This document shows positions 1 to 5,515 of a stretch of DNA of 9,709 nt, in pieces. The notes beneath the pieces are model-generated. The model was not told the DNA's origin, made no database searches, and saw only the letters and a program-made list of their open reading frames with translations. Each line of letters opens with the position of its first letter. Position 1 is the stretch's first letter. The DNA comes from a virus (taxonomy: Duplodnaviria; Heunggongvirae; Uroviricota; Caudoviricetes), in IMG/VR virus record IMGVR_UViG_2529292908_000016; one strand, 5' to 3'. Both the position numbers and the translations under genes were made by a program.

Positions 1-315
1 CTCCATCTGGTTAAAGGCGTTGATGTATGCCTCTTTGAACTGGGCAGCACGTTTACCAGTGAAGCCCATGGCAAGAAACGCAAAACCGTCGCGGGTGATT
101 TGGTAACAAGGGAGTTTGCGGCCTGATGCGTCGGTGTATTCACTTAACACAAAATTGTGTTCAGTAAATTCAGCGGAACATTCGAGGTTTCTAATTCTAT
201 CTAAAACCCGCTCATGCCGTTTAGTAAAGTAATTAGCTACTGCAAGAGATGTGGTGACAACGCGACCATTGATAATCGTGATTTCAGGGCGAGATTGGGT
301 TGGGAGAGTAGTCAT
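1..315 (-). CDS. Rha-family phage regulatory (antirepressor-like) protein, N-terminal part; CDS continues beyond the left window edge
   Basis: Manual reverse-complement translation gives MTTLPTQSRPEITIINGRVVTTSLAVANYFTKRHERVLDRIRNLECSAEFTEHNFVLSEYTDASGRKLPCYQITRDGFAFLAMGFTGKRAAQFKEAYINAFNQME with no stop down to position 1. This matches the conserved layout of the phage Rha domain (RH..VL..I..L, ITRDGF, MGFTGK..FK.AYI.AF). Start ATG at 315..313 has a weak GGGG Shine-Dalgarno about 11 nt upstream. The frame stays open upstream to an ATG at 618, so the true start is uncertain. Not in the ORF track because it has no in-window stop. Confidence 0.8.
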   Translation of the reverse strand, partial: MTTLPTQSRPEITIINGRVVTTSLAVANYFTKRHERVLDRIRNLECSAEFTEHNFVLSEYTDASGRKLPCYQITRDGFAFLAMGFTGKRAAQFKEAYINAFNQME

Positions 316-701
316 GGTGACAGCCCCTATGTTGAATTCAATGAACTCACCACCAAGGCTTTCCACGACCATATAGGTGGTGAGACGTACAGGGGTGGAA
401 ATACCGGTCAACATAGAACCCGGCCCAACCGAAGTTGGCCCTGCACGCCCCACCATAATTTGGGCGTAACGATGCTCATGACACGAAAAAACCGCATGAG
501 CGCGGTTGTGCTCTATATTGAATTTCGGGTTTCCACGCCCGGCACCCGCTTTATAAGGTGCAGAGACAGTGTAACGTCCCGAAATTGCAGAATCAATATT
601 TGGTCTTGAAATGATCATATAGCTGCTGATATCTTTAGAACTGTTCTTGGATGTTTCAGAGCCGTTTTATGCGAAACAGCTCCCCGTTATTGATGTTGAG
701 T

Positions 702-727
702 GAGCCGGGTTACTCCCGGCTTTTTTT
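702..727 (+). terminator. Rho-independent terminator, plus-strand orientation (GCCGGG-ttact-CCCGGC stem-loop followed by T7)
   Basis: Perfect 6-bp GC-rich stem at 704..709 and 715..720, 5-nt loop, then seven T at 721..727. On the minus strand the same hairpin is preceded by A-run and not followed by U-run, so it is a canonical terminator only for plus-strand transcripts. Confidence 0.6.
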
Positions 728-1434
728 CACCGCTGCCAACCAATAACCTGAAATAACCCCATTTTCGGGTGATACCAGCGAGTCCCTCGCGGTTCTGCTT
801 CCTCCATAACCCGATAAAAAGCAGCCATAAACGGTTCCACAGCAACAATTGCGCGACGTGACAACAATCCGTCCGGCGTCATGAACTCATGGGTGTCTGT
901 AGGAATCTGATAGGCGTTCACCAGATTGCGGCATTTATCATCTGACAAACCGGTTTTTGCTTTCAGTTGGCGATATCCGGCATAGCCCTCACGAATAGTG
1001 CCCTTTTTAATTTGCTCGACTGTTTCAGCAACGTGGCTGACTTTTTCTTCCACCTGAGTGATCCGTTTCTGTTGGCGAACGGCTTCAAGAGCCATCGCGG
1101 CAACCATTTCGATTTCGCTCATTGGCTTACGGATCTGTTCTTCCAGTTCGCGCCAGCGATCTACCAGGCGAGCTGTGAATTCAGGACAGAGCTGTGCGAC
1201 GACAATGATGCTGTCGCGCTTACCTCGTTCACCTTCGAATACATACGCGCTAGAAAATCGGCGAGGCCCAAGTGATTGTTTATTCTCAATTTCCACAGTC
1301 TGTGGAAATTGGATGATTCCCTTTTTAGCCAGTGTTTCAATAGTTCTCTTAACACTATCTGGTCGGCTTCCCACCAGCTCTGCGATCTCAACGCTGGTCA
1401 TGGATGCTTTGCCGTTAAAAATTGCGGTGTTCAT
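727..1434 (-). CDS. Phage regulatory protein with N-terminal winged-helix DNA-binding domain (Rha/ORF6N/antirepressor-like)
   Basis: 235-aa ORF; AGGAGA Shine-Dalgarno 6 nt upstream of ATG at 1434..1432. N-terminal segment SVEIAELVGSRPDSVKRTIETLAKKG resembles the helix-turn-wing pattern of Rha/antirepressor N-domains; the C-terminal half is unrecognised. Stop TGA at 729..727. Confidence 0.65.
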   Translation of the reverse strand: MNTAIFNGKASMTSVEIAELVGSRPDSVKRTIETLAKKGIIQFPQTVEIENKQSLGPRRFSSAYVFEGERGKRDSIIVVAQLCPEFTARLVDRWRELEEQIRKPMSEIEMVAAMALEAVRQQKRITQVEEKVSHVAETVEQIKKGTIREGYAGYRQLKAKTGLSDDKCRNLVNAYQIPTDTHEFMTPDGLLSRRAIVAVEPFMAAFYRVMEEAEPRGTRWYHPKMGLFQVIGWQR

Positions 1435-1658
1435 TGTTGGTCTCCTGTGGGCTTGTCATCTTCTGTATTCGCTAGACTTGGGTGTGTATATGGAATGCTC
1501 GGATCCAGATGACAAAGAATGGCAACATCCTCCGGAACACCTCGCGTTTTCCACTTTCCAACACCTTGACTGCCACGAGGCCTTCCTTTCTTTGGGAACC
1601 TGCGACCAATAGCGGCATTGGTTTTAAATTGAATTTTTAATATTTCATAAAGGGTCAT
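1431..1658 (-). CDS. Hypothetical small basic protein (75 aa) in the cro-like position; ATGA-coupled to the downstream gene
   Basis: Its stop TGA (1433..1431) overlaps the ATG (1434..1432) of the 727..1434 gene, a typical translational-coupling arrangement. Sequence is Gly/Pro/Arg/Lys-rich with no recognisable HTH and the Shine-Dalgarno is weak (GAGA), so coding status is uncertain. Confidence 0.3.
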   Translation of the reverse strand: MTLYEILKIQFKTNAAIGRRFPKKGRPRGSQGVGKWKTRGVPEDVAILCHLDPSIPYTHPSLANTEDDKPTGDQQ

Positions 1659-1769
1659 TCTTTAGTCTCACACCAGATACTTTGTTATCCAACGATGTTA
1701 ACCACAGGAACCCAAAGTATCAAGAAATTCTGTTACTTTAGTATCAACAGCCATGAGAGGAGAAGAAAA
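1659..1769. promoter_or_regulatory. Divergent control region between the leftward operon and the CI-like repressor gene, with repeated operator-like motifs
   Basis: Motif CAAAGTATC at 1713..1721 (plus), its reverse complement GATACTTTG at 1676..1684, and a degenerate copy TTTAGTATCAA at 1737..1747. Candidate leftward promoter read on the minus strand: TTGATA, 17-bp spacer, TAACAT, overlapping the motifs. Confidence 0.5.
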
Positions 1770-2426
1770 ATGAAGTCTTTAGGTGAACGTCTCATCAACG
1801 CACGGCAAAAAGCTGGGTTAACACAAGATGCGTTGGCTAAAAAAGCTGGGGTCACCAGAGTTGCAATCAGTAAAGCCGAGCAAGGCCTTACAAAAAGTTT
1901 CAACGGTGACACCCTTTTTAAAGTTGCAGCTGCACTGCGGTGTTCACCGCAGTGGCTTCAGAACGGAGATGAAAAAGATAAGCATTGGGAAAATAATGTT
2001 AAGAGCTGCCCACAGAGAGACACAGCACACTCTTACCCTGTAATTAACTGGGTTCAGGCAGGATTATTCGCAACTTCTGGTGATGACTACAACATGTATG
2101 ATCAGGATAATTGGAGGCATTCTGTAAAATACGCTGGTGAGAGGGGGTTCTGGCTGGAAGTGCACGGAGACTCAATGACTTCGCCCGTAGGAATAACATT
2201 TCCTGAAGGAATGTCGATCCTTGTCAACCCAGATAAAGAAGTTTTTTCAGGGTGTTACGTCATCGCCAGAAAAAAATCTACCAATGAAGCAACATTCAAA
2301 AAATATATTTCTGACATGGGAAAGGCGTTTCTAAAGCCCCTTAATCCACAATATCCAATCATAGAAATGGACAATGATTGCGAAATAGTAGGTGTTGTGG
2401 TTGATGCCAGGTGGGATATTTTCTGA
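1770..2426 (+). CDS. CI/LexA-like phage repressor: N-terminal XRE-type HTH plus C-terminal S24 peptidase (autocleavage) domain
   Basis: Strong Shine-Dalgarno GAGAGGAGA 6 nt before ATG at 1770 (the track ORF begins further upstream at 1695 on a weaker start). N-terminus MKSLGERLINARQKAGLTQDALAKKAGVTRVAISKAEQG is a classic HTH. C-terminus has the S24 hallmarks: an Ala-Gly linker (VQAGLF), GDSM serine motif and a downstream Lys (ARKK). Confidence 0.85.
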   Translation: MKSLGERLINARQKAGLTQDALAKKAGVTRVAISKAEQGLTKSFNGDTLFKVAAALRCSPQWLQNGDEKDKHWENNVKSCPQRDTAHSYPVINWVQAGLFATSGDDYNMYDQDNWRHSVKYAGERGFWLEVHGDSMTSPVGITFPEGMSILVNPDKEVFSGCYVIARKKSTNEATFKKYISDMGKAFLKPLNPQYPIIEMDNDCEIVGVVVDARWDIF

Positions 2427-2529
2427 CCAGACACAAAACACAAAAAGAAACCAAAGTATCAAAAATCACTTGCCACGCCTTGATACCTTAGTTACCATAA
2501 AACAAAGTTCGTAACTGAGGTATCATCTC
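2427..2529 (+). promoter_or_regulatory. Intergenic regulatory region with operator-like motif and candidate sigma70 promoter for the downstream HTH gene
   Basis: CCAAAGTATCAA at 2451..2463 is a near-identical copy of the site at 1712..1723. Inverted half-sites GTATCAA (2457..2463) and TTGATAC (2480..2486). Candidate promoter TTGCCA (2470..2475), 17-bp spacer, TACCAT (2493..2498). GAGG Shine-Dalgarno at 2517..2520. Confidence 0.35.
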
Positions 2530-3033
2530 ATGATCAATAAAGCTACAACTCTTGACTGTCTCGAAGAACTGAAAAACCTCGGCAGCCTCATTACACTAAT
2601 AGCAAAAGCAACACCTGATGCTACGCTCTCTAGCGATATAGAGTCATGCGCAGGACTGGCATGGGATATGACAAATAGCATATCCAGAAAGCTATCGTCA
2701 GCAATGCTTTTACAGAACAAAAATTCTGCAATCAACAACCGTCTTCGCACCCAACGCGAAGCCTGCGGCTTAACAACCGCCGAACTCGCCAGGCTGCTCG
2801 ATCTCGATGAAGAAATTATCATCCAGTGGGAGAGCGGAGAGTATGAACCAACTATCAGTATGCTTATCCCACTGGCAAATATTCTTGGCTGCGATCCGAT
2901 GTGGCTGTTAACTGGTGAGGTTACTCCTCCGGAGCAACCAAAAAGTGAGGAGCAGCAACACCATGACGCATCTCAACAAGTTTGCCCCTTATCTCGCGAA
3001 GCTCTTCTGCGGAAGAACCAATACCAATGGTGA
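2530..3033 (+). CDS. XRE-family helix-turn-helix DNA-binding protein (167 aa) with an unrecognised N-terminal region of about 65 aa
   Basis: HTH_XRE signature in the C-terminal half: INNRLRTQREACGLTTAELARLLDLDEEIIIQWESGEYEPTISMLIPLANILGCDPMWLLTGE. Same strand and immediately downstream of the CI-like repressor. Confidence 0.7.
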   Translation: MINKATTLDCLEELKNLGSLITLIAKATPDATLSSDIESCAGLAWDMTNSISRKLSSAMLLQNKNSAINNRLRTQREACGLTTAELARLLDLDEEIIIQWESGEYEPTISMLIPLANILGCDPMWLLTGEVTPPEQPKSEEQQHHDASQQVCPLSREALLRKNQYQW

Positions 3034-3161
3034 CATAATCGCCGCTTCGCCCCTCAAGGTACATGCGAACATTTTTATCAATCATTGCGGAAACAGTCTC
3101 AATATGAAAACACTTCTGAGACTCGCTATATAGCAGAACATATAAGTCAGCTGAGGAAGCC

Positions 3162-3527
3162 ATGAAAAAGTTCGAAAACATAACTGTTCTCCATGTTGAT
3201 GACTTTGATTATACAAACCCGGAACTTCTCCCGGAGGTTGTAAAGGCAATAGATGTTGCCGATATAGTGATTAGAGAAAAGAGAATTGTCAAAAACAGGC
3301 TCGCATGCACTTCAGGAGCAATGACAGAAACAACCTCACAGCAAGATAATTACGAAGGCATTTGTCTGGAGCCTGATTCATTTGCGGTAAATGTTTATCA
3401 TTTATTGCATGCAACACAGGTATTACATATGTCCAGTAATCACGAAACGAAAACACTCGGCAGCGAAATTCTGAGTTTTGCATGTGAGTATACAAAAGCT
3501 GCTGCCGAAAAAGAATTAGCGCAATAA
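3162..3527 (+). CDS. Hypothetical protein (121 aa)
   Basis: ORF with GAGGAAG Shine-Dalgarno just upstream of ATG at 3162; no recognisable motif. Followed by an inverted repeat CGCAATAA...TTATTGCG and a T-rich tract. Confidence 0.55.
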   Translation: MKKFENITVLHVDDFDYTNPELLPEVVKAIDVADIVIREKRIVKNRLACTSGAMTETTSQQDNYEGICLEPDSFAVNVYHLLHATQVLHMSSNHETKTLGSEILSFACEYTKAAAEKELAQ

Positions 3528-3565
3528 CAACAAATATGCCCTGAACGTTTATTGCGGTTTTATCG
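3520..3565 (+). terminator. Possible weak terminator or attenuator: 8-bp inverted repeat CGCAATAA/TTATTGCG with a large loop, followed by GTTTTAT
   Basis: Stem arms at 3520..3527 and 3549..3556; the 21-nt loop is long and the U-tract is interrupted, so termination efficiency is doubtful. Confidence 0.2.
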
Positions 3566-3605
3566 CCGGGGATTGTTACAACCTTAATCCACAGGAGGCT
3601 TTATT

Positions 3606-3719
3606 GTGACTTTTATAAAGAATATGGCATCACACAAGACCGCCTGCCTTATTGCACAATACGGTGAAAATCACATGCATATTGCCTGCTTATTTCTGCG
3701 TAAAGCATACGGGAGATAA
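3606..3719 (+). CDS. Hypothetical small protein (37 aa, GTG start)
   Basis: Canonical AGGAGG (3593..3598) 7 nt upstream of GTG at 3606; stop TAA at 3717..3719 lies 2 nt before the next gene's ATG. Below the ORF-track size cutoff. Peptide: MTFIKNMASHKTACLIAQYGENHMHIACLFLRKAYGR. Confidence 0.25.
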   Translation: MTFIKNMASHKTACLIAQYGENHMHIACLFLRKAYGR

Positions 3720-3721
3720 TA

Positions 3722-3922
3722 ATGCATCAGAAAACAGCAGAACACGAACAAACCAGAGTATTGCTGACCATCAAAAACGGGAAAGTAATATTCATTCGCC
3801 ATGTTCATGACGATGAACTTGTAGGAACTCTTTCAACATTCCTGTTTATTGCAGAAAAGGCAGGATATGACGTTATTGCACCAGCAGATGAAGATGAAGA
3901 TGAAGATGAAGATGAGGAATAA
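3722..3922 (+). CDS. Hypothetical small protein (66 aa) with a poly-acidic C-terminal tail (DEDEDEDEDEE)
   Basis: GGGAGA Shine-Dalgarno 5 nt before ATG at 3722. The C-terminal tail is encoded by a (GATGAA)4-GATGAG tandem repeat. The next gene starts 5 nt after the stop. Confidence 0.6.
   Translation: MHQKTAEHEQTRVLLTIKNGKVIFIRHVHDDELVGTLSTFLFIAEKAGYDVIAPADEDEDEDEDEE
3887..3916 (+). repeat. Tandem hexanucleotide repeat (GATGAA)4 plus GATGAG inside a CDS
   Basis: Read directly at 3887..3916; in frame, encoding alternating Asp-Glu. It also supplies the GAGGAA Shine-Dalgarno for the downstream gene. Confidence 0.9.
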
Positions 3923-3927
3923 ATATC

Positions 3928-4509
3928 ATGCAATACGATGAATTCCAGGCTGAAGCAACAGCCAATGGTATACGAACTGGCAGTATGACGATTGATTATC
4001 ACGACGCCATACGTCGTCTGGATGCCGGAGAATTCGATACTCCTAATGTGCGAGGTTTACGTATCCTTCAGTGTCTGGCGCAAGCCGACGAAGCAGGATT
4101 ACTGGGTAAACTTCCGGTTGAGATGAAGGTTGCTCAGTGGCGATGGTTGTATGTGACGACATTCATCAACGAAGAAGAAGACAAGAACGGCACAATTGAT
4201 ATCCTGAATGAACACGGAACAACTGAACACGCCGTGGTATATAACGGGATGTATGGGTTTATGACGATATATCCCGGCCCCATTCGATTTGCCTTACAAC
4301 AGTATATTGAATGGAATTTAATTCAAAAATACGGCGAAGCTGAAGGAATGGGAAGAGCGCTGTTTCTTTATCAGAAAATGCTCACTACTTCCCCTGATAA
4401 AGGTTTCATTCTTTCAGATATGGGGCGAGAAGGGCTTGAAATCCTTCTGGATGAAATTATTAACGAAATGAATACTCATGGCATGCAATCCGAAACAGAT
4501 ATTAAGTAA
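3928..4509 (+). CDS. Hypothetical protein (193 aa), function unknown
   Basis: GAGGAA Shine-Dalgarno 8 nt upstream of ATG at 3928; tightly spaced after the acidic-tail gene; no motif I can recognise. Confidence 0.7.
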   Translation: MQYDEFQAEATANGIRTGSMTIDYHDAIRRLDAGEFDTPNVRGLRILQCLAQADEAGLLGKLPVEMKVAQWRWLYVTTFINEEEDKNGTIDILNEHGTTEHAVVYNGMYGFMTIYPGPIRFALQQYIEWNLIQKYGEAEGMGRALFLYQKMLTTSPDKGFILSDMGREGLEILLDEIINEMNTHGMQSETDIK

Positions 4510-4519
4510 AAGGGACCAC

Positions 4520-4768
4520 ATGACCGTTATCGAGTATATCCAGGAAAATCCAGATTGCAGTAGAGAAGATATATCCCTCGCACTTGGAAGAAGCGCAACT
4601 TCTATCAGTAATGAATTATCACGGTTATTGTGGAATGGGTTAATAGTACGAACTGGAGAAAAAAACAAAACGATTCTGTACTGCGTAAACAATCTGCCGT
4701 TTGGATACAGCAATCCCCTAAGTGTTATGTTCAACCAGTTACTTAAACAGGTAAGAAATGGCAACTGA
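4520..4768 (+). CDS. Small putative winged-helix DNA-binding protein (82 aa)
   Basis: AAGGGA 5 nt upstream of ATG at 4520. Segment REDISLALGRSATSISNELSRLLWNGLIVRTGEKNKTILY is compatible with helix-turn-helix plus a beta-hairpin wing. The 3' end overlaps the next gene start by 11 nt. Confidence 0.55.
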   Translation: MTVIEYIQENPDCSREDISLALGRSATSISNELSRLLWNGLIVRTGEKNKTILYCVNNLPFGYSNPLSVMFNQLLKQVRNGN

Positions 4769-5075
4769 CTCACAACTAACCATAGAAACGGCCCTGAATG
4801 TCGGCCTGGCGCTCCTTGGTTATTTTTACATCGTGTTCTGCAGCGGACGGTGGCTGTCGCTGTTGTTCCTGAAAAAATGGAATAAACGCCGTAAGCAGGA
4901 TGAACGCCAGAAGGCAATGAATGCGTTTTCCGAAGCCTTCGGAATTGACGGCATGGAACCAGGGGATCCAGCTCGCGCAATCAGCAGAGGGGGTGTAGTA
5001 ATCCTTGTATATCGGAGTGAAGAGAAAAATGACGATCACAAAACAACGAGTAGAAAAAATCATATATCGCCATGA
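4758..5075 (+). CDS. Small membrane protein (105 aa) with one predicted transmembrane helix followed by a basic stretch
   Basis: AGGT Shine-Dalgarno before ATG at 4758. Hydrophobic segment ALNVGLALLGYFYIVFCSGRWLSLLFL followed by KKWNKRRKQDERQK. Overlaps the next predicted gene by 47 nt. Confidence 0.5.
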   Translation: MATDSQLTIETALNVGLALLGYFYIVFCSGRWLSLLFLKKWNKRRKQDERQKAMNAFSEAFGIDGMEPGDPARAISRGGVVILVYRSEEKNDDHKTTSRKNHISP

Positions 5076-5343
5076 AATGGGACTGAACAGCGATGTCACT
5101 GCCGAAGAGGTTTATGACCTGGCTGTACTGGCGCTGAATTTATCAAATATCGCAAACCTGAAGCGATACGAGCTTGATATGGATGGTTGCGACTCGTGCG
5201 GTCAGGATTGTGGCGCAGATATGACTGAAGATCCTGATGGTGATTATGTCCTGTTTGATGACGTGGTTAAGTTGTTTGAATTTGATACAACCACTCAAAA
5301 GTTAGAAATCCCGGCAAAGGAGGCTGCCAGTGAGCAAGATTGA
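5029..5343 (+). CDS. Hypothetical acidic protein (104 aa)
   Basis: First ATG of the track ORF 5005..5343, with GGAG/AAGAGA upstream. Cys-rich acidic patch DMDGCDSCGQDCGADMTEDPDGDY. The 3' end overlaps the next gene start by 14 nt. Confidence 0.55.
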   Translation: MTITKQRVEKIIYRHEMGLNSDVTAEEVYDLAVLALNLSNIANLKRYELDMDGCDSCGQDCGADMTEDPDGDYVLFDDVVKLFEFDTTTQKLEIPAKEAASEQD

Positions 5344-5515
5344 CTATCAGGCACTGCGCGAGGCGGCGGAACAGGCAACGCAAGATGAATGGGTAGCATA
5401 TATTTTGCCGGGTCATAACGGCATTTATCCTGCGCGCACGTCTGAGGGTAGGCATTGTGCGGATACTTTATTGACTGGCCTGGCGTCTGTCAGGGGCGGG
5501 AGAGCATCAACATGA
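5330..5515 (+). CDS. Short ORF (61 aa) carrying an Ead/Ea22-like N-terminal module; possibly a gene fragment
   Basis: AAGGAGG plus GTG start; the first ~17 codons (MSKIDYQALREAAEQA) are paralogous to the start of the 6015..6692 gene. Stop overlaps the next ATG (ATGA). Confidence 0.4.
   Translation: MSKIDYQALREAAEQATQDEWVAYILPGHNGIYPARTSEGRHCADTLLTGLASVRGGRAST

Noticed and set aside
214-609. Plus-strand 131-aa ORF from the track
   Set aside because: Antisense to the clearly recognisable Rha-domain CDS over 214..315; its translation is low-complexity with no motif. It is open mainly because this stretch is GC-rich.
967-1612. Plus-strand ORFs 967..1275, 1058..1612 and 1276..1512, and minus-strand ORF 1161..1391
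   Set aside because: All lie inside or antisense to the 727..1434 minus-strand gene or its leader; no ribosome-binding sites and implausible, Cys/Ser-rich translations.
1695-1769. Upstream extension of the CI-like repressor ORF to the track start at 1695
   Set aside because: The strong GAGAGGAGA Shine-Dalgarno sits in front of the ATG at 1770, and the HTH begins right after that Met. The 1695 start would place the operator-like motifs inside the coding sequence.
1828-2822. Track ORFs 1828..2043 (+), 2255..2443 (-) and 2523..2822 (-)
   Set aside because: Embedded in or antisense to the well-supported CI-like and HTH genes; no independent support.
2530-3033. Considered calling the second HTH protein an N-like antiterminator or a Cro homologue by position
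   Set aside because: Nothing in the sequence supports either. It has an ordinary XRE-type HTH and no arginine-rich RNA-binding motif, so only the generic call is justified.
3289-5099. Minus-strand track ORFs 3289..3495, 3805..4002 (poly-Ser), 4414..4980 and 4776..5099
   Set aside because: Antisense to the tightly coupled plus-strand gene string. The poly-Ser run is the reverse reading of the GATGAA repeat. Translations are low-complexity with no start signals.
5462-5470. Extra near-copy of the operator motif (GATACTTTA) inside coding sequence
   Set aside because: A single 8/9 match within a CDS with no partner half-site or promoter-like context; most likely chance, though it is noted as a caveat in the operator finding.
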